From Flavobacteriales bacterium (lineage in GTDB: Bacteria > Bacteroidota > Bacteroidia > Flavobacteriales_F > PHOS-HE28): 64,000 nt of DNA. The notes beneath the pieces are model-generated. The model saw only the letters and a list, made by a program, of their open reading frames with translations, had not been told where the DNA came from and searched no databases. Location of the stretch: NCBI GenBank assembly GCA_013360395.1, contig JABWBQ010000003.1:18011-82010 (forward strand), given 5' to 3'. Below are positions 46,790 through 59,006 of the stretch, piece by piece (position 1 is the first letter of the stretch; each line of letters begins with the position of its first letter). Position numbers and translations under genes: made by a program.

Positions 46790-47218
46790 TCACGGCCACA
46801 CCTGCCACGGCACGCGCGACAGCATCAGCACCAGGCCGATGCCATAGTACCAGGCGATCGCCTTGAACTTGCGCACGTCCTCCGTGGCGCGCTTGGCCCG
46901 GGAGAAACCGATGGTGACCAGCGTGACGCCGATCACCATCATCAGCGGATGTTCCAGGGCGTACAGGCGCTGCACGGCATCGCCCATGGCCCCGCCGCCA
47001 AGGTTGCTGAAACCCGCCGGGGACACGAAGTAGAGCAGCAGGCCGAAGAGCAGTTGCACGTGCGCGGCGATGAGGCCGAAGAGGGCGTACTTCCTGCTTT
47101 GGGCCGTGAACGGCCGCTTCCCGGACAGGGAGAGCACCGCGTGCACCACGGCGAAGGCCACCAGGAGCAGGACCAGATAGGCCACGTACGAATGGAAGTG
47201 CTTGAGACCGGTGTACAT
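46790..47218 (-). CDS. hypothetical 4-TM membrane protein (142 aa)
   Basis: MYTGLKHFHSYVAYLVLLLVAFAVV... with four hydrophobic helices. No family recognised. Confidence 0.5.
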   Translation of the reverse strand: MYTGLKHFHSYVAYLVLLLVAFAVVHAVLSLSGKRPFTAQSRKYALFGLIAAHVQLLFGLLLYFVSPAGFSNLGGGAMGDAVQRLYALEHPLMMVIGVTLVTIGFSRAKRATEDVRKFKAIAWYYGIGLVLMLSRVPWQVWP

Positions 47219-47285
47219 GGGGGCCAAGATAGGCCGCCACGGCCGACCTTCGCGACGCAGCGGCCCACCCGCACCGATCCCCACC

Positions 47286-47648
47286 ATGCCCCGCATCATC
47301 TACCACCTCGGCACCTGCACCACGTGCCAGCGCATCCTCAAGGAGATCCCCGATCCGGGGAAGTTCACCCTGCGCGAGATCAAGAGCGAGCCCGTCACCG
47401 CGAAAGAGCTCGACGCCATGAAAAAGCTCGCCGGCAGCTACGAGGCCCTCTTCAGCCGGGTGGCGCTGAAGTACCGCGCGCTCGGCCTGAACACGATGCC
47501 GCTCGGCGAGAAGGACTACCGGCGGTACATCCTGCAGGAGTACACCTTCCTGAAGCGGCCCGTGATGGTGCAGGACGACCGCATCTTCATCGGCAATGCG
47601 CCGAAGGTGGTGAAGGCCATGGTGGAGGCGGCGCGGTCCCTCCGGTAG
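47286..47648 (+). CDS. ArsC/Spx/YffB-family thioredoxin-fold protein
   Basis: MPRIIYHLGTCTTCQRILKEI (N-terminal CxxC as in YffB/Spx), and ...YILQEYTFLKRPVMVQDDRIFIG (family C-terminal motif). Confidence 0.8.
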   Translation: MPRIIYHLGTCTTCQRILKEIPDPGKFTLREIKSEPVTAKELDAMKKLAGSYEALFSRVALKYRALGLNTMPLGEKDYRRYILQEYTFLKRPVMVQDDRIFIGNAPKVVKAMVEAARSLR

Positions 47649-47693
47649 CGGAAAGCGCGCGGCGGCCCCGTCCGGGGTATTTTTGACCCCGAG

Positions 47694-51279
<3,586 letters not shown>

Positions 51280-51316
51280 GCGCCTGACCTCAAATGGTGT
51301 GGCAACCCTCCTCGCC

Positions 51317-52768
51317 ATGGGTAAGGGTTTTGGGAAAAGCGCACCGTGCTCCGCGTCTTGGCGCCTCCGCGCTACCCTCCTGACCGGCTTTCTCACCTTT
51401 TCACTTTTTCACCCTGCCACTCTCTTCTCCCAAGCCCCCTACATCCCGCCCTCCGATCCGCTGGTGAAGGAGAAGCTCGCCCAATGGCAGGACCTGAAGT
51501 TCGGCCTGCTGATGCACTGGGGGCCGTACAGCCAATGGGGCGTGGTGGAGAGCTGGAGCATCTGCCCGGAGGATGAGCCCTGGTGCCGACGCGACTCGTC
51601 CCATGGGAAGACTTACTACGAGTACGTGAAGAACTACGAGGCGCTGCAGACCACCTTCAACCCCACGGCCTTCGATCCGGGCAAGTGGGCCGAAGCCGCG
51701 AAGGATGCCGGCATGAAGTACGTGGTGTTCACCACCAAGCACCACGATGGCTTCTGCATGTTCGACACCAAGCTCACGGACTACAAGGTCACCTCGCCGC
51801 GTTGCCCCTTCCACGGCGATCCGCGCGCCAACATCGCCAAGCAGGTCTTTGATGCCTTCCGCAGCGCAGGCTTGTGGACCGGCGCTTATTTCAGCAAGCC
51901 CGATTGGCACTGCCCGTACTACTGGTGGCCCTACTTCCCGCCCAAGGACCGCAACGTGAACTACCTGCCCTCGCGCTATCCCGAGCGCTGGCAGCAATTC
52001 AAGGACTTCACCTACGGACAGATCGAGGAGCTGATGTCGGACTACGGGAAGATGGACATCCTCTGGCTCGATGGCGGGCAGGTGCGGCCGCTGAATACGA
52101 TTGACACCACGGTCTCCTGGCAGAAGGCCATTGCCATCGACCAGGACATCGACATGCCGCGTATCGCAGCCATGGCGCGCAAGCACCAGCCCGGCCTGCT
52201 GGTGGTGGACCGCACCGTGGGCGGGGAGTATGAGAACTACATCACCCCCGAAGGCCATGTGCCGGAGAAGGATCCCGGCGTGCCTTGGGAGACCTGCATG
52301 CCCATGGGCACCAGCTGGAGCTGGGTACCGAATGAAAAGTACAAGAGCACCGAGGAGATCATCCGCACCCTGGCGCAGGTGGTGACGCGCGGCGGCAGCC
52401 TGCTGCTGAACGTGGGTCCCCGTCCCGATGGCCGCTGGGACTCCACGGCCTATCAGCGCCTGGCTGATGTAGGCGCATGGCTGAAGACCAACGGCGAGGC
52501 CATCTACGGAACGCGCGCCAGTACCTGGGAAACGCATGGCGCCATTGGCTGCACACAAAGCAAGGACGGCCGCACACACTACCTCCTCGGCGAGGCGAAA
52601 GGCGTCCCCTGGTCCTTCGCGTGGAAAGGCCGCGAAATGCCCATGGCCACGCTGCTGGCAACAGGCCAGGTGCTTCGCCTGAAGACCGGACAGCCCGGCT
52701 TCCTGATGCTGGAACTACCGCCAGGAGCGGAGCAGGGAGGTGTGGTCGTGGTGAAGATCGAGGGATAA
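51317..52768 (+). CDS. alpha-L-fucosidase (GH29)
   Basis: KFGLLMHWGPYSQWG, AKDAGMKYVVFTTKHHDGFCMFDT, DILWLDGG, hallmark GH29 motifs. The start codon is uncertain (51266 or 51317). Confidence 0.85.
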   Translation: MGKGFGKSAPCSASWRLRATLLTGFLTFSLFHPATLFSQAPYIPPSDPLVKEKLAQWQDLKFGLLMHWGPYSQWGVVESWSICPEDEPWCRRDSSHGKTYYEYVKNYEALQTTFNPTAFDPGKWAEAAKDAGMKYVVFTTKHHDGFCMFDTKLTDYKVTSPRCPFHGDPRANIAKQVFDAFRSAGLWTGAYFSKPDWHCPYYWWPYFPPKDRNVNYLPSRYPERWQQFKDFTYGQIEELMSDYGKMDILWLDGGQVRPLNTIDTTVSWQKAIAIDQDIDMPRIAAMARKHQPGLLVVDRTVGGEYENYITPEGHVPEKDPGVPWETCMPMGTSWSWVPNEKYKSTEEIIRTLAQVVTRGGSLLLNVGPRPDGRWDSTAYQRLADVGAWLKTNGEAIYGTRASTWETHGAIGCTQSKDGRTHYLLGEAKGVPWSFAWKGREMPMATLLATGQVLRLKTGQPGFLMLELPPGAEQGGVVVVKIEG

Positions 52769-52864
52769 GGCGTATCCTTCACTTCGCGCGCCTCTACTGA
52801 TTACGGCGAATTGAACCGTTGCTGGAGCGTATGAGCCGGCACCATCCTTCCGTATCTTCGTGGT

Positions 52865-53059
52865 ATGAAAGGCGTCACCTTCATTGAGGACAAGGCGAAG
52901 AAGCGCCGCTACATGCAGATCGACATGAAAGCGGTGAAGGACGACCGCGAGTGGATCCAGGATCTGGTGGATGTGCTCATCGCCGAAAGCCGCCGTGACC
53001 AGAAGCGCATTCCTTGGTCCGTGATCAAGGAAGAGTTGAAGCGCGAAGGACGGCTATGA
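52865..53059 (+). CDS. putative type II antitoxin (64 aa)
   Basis: A small charged protein whose stop overlaps (ATGA) the start of the RelE/ParE toxin gene. I do not recognise the family itself. Confidence 0.5.
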   Translation: MKGVTFIEDKAKKRRYMQIDMKAVKDDREWIQDLVDVLIAESRRDQKRIPWSVIKEELKREGRL

Positions 53060-53319
53060 AGTACACCGTCGTATTGGCGCGGGATGCACGCAAGGAGTTG
53101 GACCTGTTGTCCAAGCAGAACTTCATTCGTGTGGCGCGCAAGATCGACGAACTCGAGGAGGATCCCCGGCCACCGGGCTGTGTGAAGCTCAAAGGCAACG
53201 ATGGCGACATGTGGCGGGTCCGTGCCGGGGACTACCGGATACTCTATGTGATCGAGGATGTGCTGCGGATCGTGGATATCCGCAAGATCGGCCACCGGCG
53301 CGATGTCTATAAGCGATAG
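53056..53319 (+). CDS. RelE/ParE-family type II toxin (87 aa)
   Basis: MKYTVVLARDARKELDLLSKQNFIRVARKIDELEEDPRPPGCVKLKGNDGDMWRVRAGDYRILYVIEDVLRIVDIRKIGHRRDVY, the canonical RelE/StbE pattern (R.G.YRI.Y.I.D....I..I.HR...Y). Confidence 0.8.
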   Translation: MKYTVVLARDARKELDLLSKQNFIRVARKIDELEEDPRPPGCVKLKGNDGDMWRVRAGDYRILYVIEDVLRIVDIRKIGHRRDVYKR

Positions 53320-53338
53320 GGCCGAGCAAGGTTTTCTG

Positions 53339-55201
53339 ATGGTGGGCCGATTCTTCGCCCTGGTCTTTGCGCTCGGCATTGGTATGTCCTGTGCCTTGGG
53401 CCAATCCCCCTTCACCTTCCGCATGGTGTACTACGGCCCGGCCACGGACAGCGCCTATGCCGCCGAGCATCACGTCCGTCAGGTGATCAAGACCCGCGAT
53501 TCCGAAGACCCCGACTGGGGCCTGTGGGTACACACCATGCACCGCTTTGTTCCTGCGGACCTGATCGGGAAACATCCCGAATACTTCGCCGAGCGGAATG
53601 GCATGCGTGTTCCCGACCAGCTGTGCCTGAGCAATCCGGAGGTGCTGCGCATCACCGTGGACAGCCTGCGCGCGATGATGGCCCGCAAGCCGCACGCGCG
53701 GTACTGGAGCGTCAGCCAGCTGGACAACTTCAACTACTGCCAATGCGCCCGCTGCCACCGCACGGACAGCATCGAGGGTTCGCCCAGCGGGAGCATCCTG
53801 CTCTTCACGAATGCCGTGGCCGACAGTTTTCCCGAAAAGGTGATCAGCACGCTGGCCTATCAGCACAGCCGCAAGGCACCCAAGCTCACCGAGCCGCGGC
53901 CCAACGTGAACATCATGCTGTGCAGCATCGAGGAGGACCGCAGCCAGCCCATCGCCACGCGCGACCAGCCCGGCTCCTTCACCGCCGACCTGCGCGAATG
54001 GGCGTCGCTCACCCACAACATCATTATCTGGGATTATGTGATCAACTTCTCGCACCTGGTGATGCCTTTCCCCAACTGGAAGGTGCTGCAACCCAACATC
54101 CAGCTGTTCCGCGACAACGGTGTGCCCATGGTCTTCGAGCAAGGGCTCTCTTCCTCCGGCGGCGAAATGCCCGAGTTCCGTTGCGAGCTCCTGGCGCAAT
54201 TGCTCTGGAACCCCGATATCAACGTGGATTCGCTGCGCACGGCGTTCCTCCACCAGTTCTACGGCGATGCGGGCGTGTACATCAACGAGTACACCCACCT
54301 CCTGGAAACGGAACTCGACAAATCGGGCAAGGCGCTCACGCTCTATGAGCACCCGCAGTCGCACAAGGATGGCTACCTCAGCCCGGAGAACATCGCGAAG
54401 TACAAGATGCTCTTCAACAGCGCAGAGGCGGCGGTGATGGACGAGGATACGATCTACCAATGGCGCGTGGAGGATGCGCGGCTCGGGATCATGTACGCCG
54501 AGCTGGAGATCGCCCGGGCCATGCCGCACGCGCCCAACGGGCTTTTCGAGAAGGACAGCCAGGGCCATTGGCGCGCGAAGCCCTACTACGTGGAACTGTT
54601 GAACACCTTCGTATCCAGGGCGAAGAAGCACGGTCACCGGCTGCTGCACGAGACCCGCAACACGCCCGACGAATACTTCGCCGACTTCAGCGATCACCTG
54701 CGGAACGGCGCCGTGAACCACTTGGCCGTGGGCAACACGATCACCTTCGCGGTCCCGCCCGCCGCCAAATACAACGGCGGAAGCGCCGATGCCCTGATCG
54801 ACGGTTTCCGAGCGGGCAATAACTACCAGTTCGGCTGGCAGGGCTGGTGGGGCAAGGACCTGGTGGCCACGATCGACCTGGGCACGATCGAACCCGTGAA
54901 GGAAGTGGAAACCGCCTTCCTACAGGACCAGGCCAGCTGGATCTTCCTGCCGTCCGTGGTTGAAGTGGAATACTCGAATGATGGCATCACTTGGTCGCCC
55001 TTCGGAACCCAGGAGATCCCCTTGGCCAAGCAGCAAGGTCCGCCAGCCCCTCATGCGGTGCGCATCGCGGCCCATTCACCGGTGAGCATGCGTTACCTGC
55101 GCTTCACCGCCCGCAACCGGGGAGCATTACCCCCGTGGCATGGGAGCAAAGGCGATTGCTGGTTGTTCTGCGATGAGGTCGTGGTGTCCGGGAATGAATA
55201 A
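53339..55201 (+). CDS. DUF4838 glycoside-hydrolase-like protein with a C-terminal F5/8 type C (discoidin) domain
   Basis: Signal peptide MVGRFFALVFALGIGMSCALGQ. YFAERNGMRVPDQLCLSNPEVL...QLDNFNYCQCARC (DUF4838 pattern). The C-terminus has DGFRAGNNYQFGWQGWWG...YLRFTARN (discoidin-like). Confidence 0.75.
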   Translation: MVGRFFALVFALGIGMSCALGQSPFTFRMVYYGPATDSAYAAEHHVRQVIKTRDSEDPDWGLWVHTMHRFVPADLIGKHPEYFAERNGMRVPDQLCLSNPEVLRITVDSLRAMMARKPHARYWSVSQLDNFNYCQCARCHRTDSIEGSPSGSILLFTNAVADSFPEKVISTLAYQHSRKAPKLTEPRPNVNIMLCSIEEDRSQPIATRDQPGSFTADLREWASLTHNIIIWDYVINFSHLVMPFPNWKVLQPNIQLFRDNGVPMVFEQGLSSSGGEMPEFRCELLAQLLWNPDINVDSLRTAFLHQFYGDAGVYINEYTHLLETELDKSGKALTLYEHPQSHKDGYLSPENIAKYKMLFNSAEAAVMDEDTIYQWRVEDARLGIMYAELEIARAMPHAPNGLFEKDSQGHWRAKPYYVELLNTFVSRAKKHGHRLLHETRNTPDEYFADFSDHLRNGAVNHLAVGNTITFAVPPAAKYNGGSADALIDGFRAGNNYQFGWQGWWGKDLVATIDLGTIEPVKEVETAFLQDQASWIFLPSVVEVEYSNDGITWSPFGTQEIPLAKQQGPPAPHAVRIAAHSPVSMRYLRFTARNRGALPPWHGSKGDCWLFCDEVVVSGNE

Positions 55202-55227
55202 ACCGCAACGGCGCAACGGGCGCCAAG
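55201..55227 (+). repeat. solo CGCAACG-type repeat unit
   Basis: aaccgcaacggcgcaacgggcgccaag starts on the last base of the stop codon. It belongs to the same unit family as the array at 62790-63100. Confidence 0.6.
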
Positions 55228-55244
55228 TGGATCACGCAGCGTGA

Positions 55245-55332
55245 GCCTGGCACCTTGACCTCTTGGCATCTTGGCATTTTGGCAATTTGGCAGTTTGCCA
55301 CCTTACTGTTTTAGCAATTTGGCTACTTGCCG
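55245..55332 (+). repeat. degenerate 8-bp tandem array (consensus nTTTGGCA, 11 units)
   Basis: gcctggca ccttgacc tcttggca tcttggca ttttggca atttggca gtttgcca ccttactg ttttagca atttggct acttgccg. Strict 8-nt phasing, ending 32 nt before the ATG at 55365. Confidence 0.75.
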
Positions 55333-55364
55333 GTGAATCCCTCCTCCGCAGATATACTTGCCCC

Positions 55365-56504
55365 ATGCCCCGCGTCTTCGTCTCCGGCTGCTTCGACATG
55401 CTGCATAGCGGCCACGTGGCCTTCCTGAAGAGCGCCGCGGAATACGGCGAGCTGCACGTGTGCATCGGCAGCGACCGCACCATCCACGGCATCAAGGGGC
55501 GGTACACGGTGAACGATGAACGGGAACGCCGCTACATGCTGGAGGCGCTGGCCTGCGTGCATGCGGTCCACATCGGTTCCGGCACCGGGCAGATGGATTT
55601 CGTACCGGAATTCGCGCAGGTGAAGCCCGACTTCTTCGTGGTGAACCACGACGGCCATGCGGACGCGAAGGCGGAGCTCTGCAAGCAGCACGGCACGCGC
55701 TACGTGGTGCTGGAGCGCACGCCGCACGTCGGCCTCCAGGCGCGCAGCACCACCGCCCTGCGCGAGGCCTGCACCATCCCCTTCCGGCTGGACCTGGCCG
55801 GCGGCTGGCTCGATCAGCCCTTCGTCTCGCGCCACCATCCGGGCAGCGTGCTCACCATCAGCCTGGAGCCCACGCACGCCTTCAACGACCGCAGCGGCAT
55901 GAGCAGCAGCACGCGCCGCAAGGCCATCGAGCTGTGGCGTACCCGCCTGCCGCACGGCGACCGCGAGCAGCAGGCCCGCATGCTCTTCAGTTACGAGAAC
56001 CCGCCCGGCACCGTGGAGGTCAGCGGCTCGCAGGACAGCATCGGCATCGTCTTCCCCGGCCTCAACCGGCTGCACTACGCCGGCGGCTACTGGCCGGAGC
56101 AGATCGACAGCGTGCAGGACGAGGCTGTGCTCCGCTTCATCGAAACGCACCTGCACCTGCTGCCGCTGGGTCCGCGCGAGGATGGCTTCCGCGTGTTGCA
56201 GGACACCCGCGTGGACGCCGCCGGTGCCCAGACCCTGGCCGATGCCGCCGAAGCCTGCTGGAACGCCGCGCGGGCGATGGATGCACGTGCCTTCGGTGCG
56301 GCCATGCGCGCATCCTTCGAAGCCCAGGTGGCCATGTTCCCGCACATGGTGGATGCCTCGATCCAAGCGACCATCGACGCCAACGCACACCAGGCCCTCG
56401 GCTGGAAGCTCAGCGGCGCCGGGGGCGGCGGCTACCTCGTGCTCGTGGCGGATCGGCCCGTGCCCGGCACCCTCCAACTGAAGGTCCGCCGCGACGACCT
56501 GTGA
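55365..56504 (+). CDS. cytidylyltransferase-like nucleotidyltransferase fused to a GHMP-family sugar kinase (379 aa)
   Basis: N-terminus MPRVFVSGCFDMLHSGHVAFL (the (H/T)xGH motif of the TagD/HldE-C-type nucleotidyltransferase fold). The C-terminal part has LDLAGGWLDQPF, NDRSGMSSSTRRKA (GHMP motif II-like) and KLSGAGGGGYLVLV (GHMP motif III). Confidence 0.7.
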   Translation: MPRVFVSGCFDMLHSGHVAFLKSAAEYGELHVCIGSDRTIHGIKGRYTVNDERERRYMLEALACVHAVHIGSGTGQMDFVPEFAQVKPDFFVVNHDGHADAKAELCKQHGTRYVVLERTPHVGLQARSTTALREACTIPFRLDLAGGWLDQPFVSRHHPGSVLTISLEPTHAFNDRSGMSSSTRRKAIELWRTRLPHGDREQQARMLFSYENPPGTVEVSGSQDSIGIVFPGLNRLHYAGGYWPEQIDSVQDEAVLRFIETHLHLLPLGPREDGFRVLQDTRVDAAGAQTLADAAEACWNAARAMDARAFGAAMRASFEAQVAMFPHMVDASIQATIDANAHQALGWKLSGAGGGGYLVLVADRPVPGTLQLKVRRDDL

Positions 56505-56506
56505 GC

Positions 56507-57733
56507 ATGGAGCCGCGCAGCACCCGCCTCGCCATCGTGCTGGTCACCGGCCTGTTCTTCCTGTGGGCCCTGGCGCACAACCTCAACCCCATCCTCATCC
56601 CCCACCTGCGGCGCGCGTTGCAGCTCAACGACATGCGTTCCGCGCTGGTGGACTCGGCCTTCTTCATCGCCTACTTCGTGATGGCCCTGCTCGCCGGTGC
56701 GCTGATGAAACGCTTCGGCTACCGCAGCGGCATCGTGGGCGGCCTCTTGCTCTTCGCCCTCGGCGCCATGCTCTTCTGGCCCGCGGCCACGCTGCGTTCC
56801 TACCCCTTCTTCCTCGGTGCCCTCTTCGTGATCGCCAGCGGCCTCACCTTCCTGGAGACCGCCGCCAACCCGTACATCACCGCGCTGGGCGATCCCGCGC
56901 ACGCGCACCGGCGGCTCAACTTCGCGCAAGCCTTCAACGGCCTGGGCGCCGCGCTGGCGGCCTTCTTCGGCGGGCGCTTCATCCTCAGCGGCGATGCACC
57001 CGGCGAGGACGTGCTGAAGACCATGTCACCGTCCGCGCTGGAGGCCTTCCTCACCCACGAGGCCCTGGCCGTGCGCGTGCCCTACCTCATCATCGGCTGC
57101 ATCGTGCTGCTCGTGGCGCTGCTCTTCCTGCGCGCGCACCTGCCGGAGATCCCCGAGGCCGACAACGGGGACAGCACAGGCCCCGGCCGCCTGACCGGCC
57201 GCCTGCGGATGGGCGTGCTGGCACAGTTCTGCTACGTGGGCGCGCAGGTGGGTGTGGCCAGCTTCTTCATCCGCTTCGCGGGAAGCACAGCGGGCATCGG
57301 CGAACAGGACGCCGCCTACCTGCTCAGCATCGGCCTGTTGCTCTTCATGGCCGGCCGCTTCATCGGCACCGCGCTGTTGCGCTGGTTCAGCGCCCCGGAC
57401 CTGCTCGCCGCCTGTGCCGCGCTCTGCCTGCTGCTCACCGCCACCGCCGTGCTGGCCACCGGCTACCCGGCCGTGATCGCCCTGCTGGGTGTGGAACTCT
57501 TCATGAGCATCATGTTCCCCACCATCTTCTCGCTGAGCATCGAAGGCTTGGGCAGCCGCACCAAATTCGGCAGCTCCCTGCTGGTGATGAGCATCGTGGG
57601 CGGCGCGGTGATCCCGCCGATCATGGGCGCCATCAGCGACCGGCACGGCCTGCAACTCGCGTACCTGGCGCCGCTGTGCTGCTTCGTGGTGGTGCTGTGG
57701 TTCGCGCGGTGGAGCAGGGCGACTGTCCGGTAG
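56507..57733 (+). CDS. fucP: L-fucose:H+ symporter-type MFS permease
   Basis: LVTGLFFLWALAHNLNPILIPHLRRALQLNDMRSALVDSAFFIAYFVMALLAGALMKRFGYRSGIVGGL matches the FucP/GluP N-terminal signature. 12 TM helices. Confidence 0.8.
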   Translation: MEPRSTRLAIVLVTGLFFLWALAHNLNPILIPHLRRALQLNDMRSALVDSAFFIAYFVMALLAGALMKRFGYRSGIVGGLLLFALGAMLFWPAATLRSYPFFLGALFVIASGLTFLETAANPYITALGDPAHAHRRLNFAQAFNGLGAALAAFFGGRFILSGDAPGEDVLKTMSPSALEAFLTHEALAVRVPYLIIGCIVLLVALLFLRAHLPEIPEADNGDSTGPGRLTGRLRMGVLAQFCYVGAQVGVASFFIRFAGSTAGIGEQDAAYLLSIGLLLFMAGRFIGTALLRWFSAPDLLAACAALCLLLTATAVLATGYPAVIALLGVELFMSIMFPTIFSLSIEGLGSRTKFGSSLLVMSIVGGAVIPPIMGAISDRHGLQLAYLAPLCCFVVVLWFARWSRATVR

Positions 57734-58034
57734 GTTTTTTGCGATCCGACACGCTGTGTAACTTACGCCTGTCCTTTGCTTCACTGTTCTGTGAACAAGG
57801 AAAGGACCTTCGTTACCGCGGTAGCAACGAGACAGCAGAAACCAAACCCCAAGCCCTTGGCAAGATCCGCAGCCCCCTCGATGACTTGGACCTGAGTTGA
57901 GAACCATTTCGCTTTGCAAGCCAATTGGCTGGCTTTACGAAACGCACATCTTCACCCAAGTCTGGAAATTGACGCAATGCGTAAATCCACCGTTGGCGCC
58001 AACTCTAAACCCAAGGACGACCTGGTCCAACGCA

Positions 58035-59006
58035 ATGAAGAACTTAACATCAGGTCTTCTTCTGGCAATTTGCCATAATTCCTTTTCACAGGAACCAATC
58101 TTCGCGACCATTTCTGGCGGAGATCTTTATTCGTTCAACATAGAAACGTGCACTCGAACGTTTAAAGGTGCCACGGGGTATGGCTTTGGTGATATTGCGT
58201 TTACCCCAAACGGAGAATTATGGGGTATTGTTTCAGGAAACCTCTACCATATTGATACGACTTCCGCAATTGCGACCTTGATCGGAAGCACCGGCATTGG
58301 AGCGGTATCACTTGTCGGCCTAAATGATACAACCTTACTGGCGGATTTGGGCTTCAATCTTTATGGTATTAATACGAATACTGCAACATCCTATTACATA
58401 GACCATATTGGTTATCAAAGCACAGGCGATTTGACTTGGTATGATGATGATTTATACATTGTTACAGCAGCCGGTCAGATAGTCAGAATAATTTTGAATG
58501 AGACATATTCATCAATACTTAGTGTCGTTCCTATTGGTTCATCTATACCCACATGCGAAGGCGCAGTAACTGCAGCTTTTATTGGAGACTACAACTCTAT
58601 TGTAGGTTTCCATGGCCCTGACCTCATTAAGATTTGCCAGATTGATGGCACATACCAGACGCTCTGCCCTGGGTTAAATTTTGGAGGCACTCCGGGTGCA
58701 GCGTCAATTAGACTGGCCTCTCAATCTCCAGAACCATTGTCTTGTATCCCGACTTCAATTCAAAGATCTCCGGCGGCTATGGAGATATTCATATACCCGA
58801 ACCCAACGAATAGTAGTATCAATATTTCGTCGTCCATCCCAAGTTCGTACAATTATTCAATCTACAATGCAATTGGACAATTAGTTAGATTCGGAGCTGC
58901 GAAGGCTGATACCGCTATTCCATTGGATGATTTATGTAACGGAATGTACAGTATAGAAATTAGAAATGAGACGAAGAAGTTTAGGCAGCGTTTCATGCTT
59001 CAATAA
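58035..59006 (+). CDS. secreted protein with a T9SS C-terminal sorting domain, encoded in a low-GC segment (323 aa)
   Basis: Signal peptide MKNLTSGLLLAICHNSFSQ. C-terminal IFIYPNPTNSSINIS...YNAIGQLV...GMYSIEIRNETKKFRQRFMLQ. Conspicuously AT-rich compared with the flanks. Confidence 0.7.
   Translation: MKNLTSGLLLAICHNSFSQEPIFATISGGDLYSFNIETCTRTFKGATGYGFGDIAFTPNGELWGIVSGNLYHIDTTSAIATLIGSTGIGAVSLVGLNDTTLLADLGFNLYGINTNTATSYYIDHIGYQSTGDLTWYDDDLYIVTAAGQIVRIILNETYSSILSVVPIGSSIPTCEGAVTAAFIGDYNSIVGFHGPDLIKICQIDGTYQTLCPGLNFGGTPGAASIRLASQSPEPLSCIPTSIQRSPAAMEIFIYPNPTNSSINISSSIPSSYNYSIYNAIGQLVRFGAAKADTAIPLDDLCNGMYSIEIRNETKKFRQRFMLQ

Noticed and set aside
55245-55300. A sigma-54 promoter (TGGCAC...TTGC) within the TTGGCA octamer array, tempting because rpoN is in the window.
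   Set aside because: The GG and GC elements are spaced at multiples of 8 nt, not the 12-nt register of TGGCACG-N4-TTGC. No enhancer-binding protein gene is adjacent.
57771-57807. A hairpin, GTCCTTTGCTTCAC...GTGAACAAGGAAAGGAC, after fucP as a terminator.
   Set aside because: The stem is imperfect with internal mismatches and has no following U-tract. It lies at the edge of the low-GC insertion, so it may be incidental. I did not report it as a feature.
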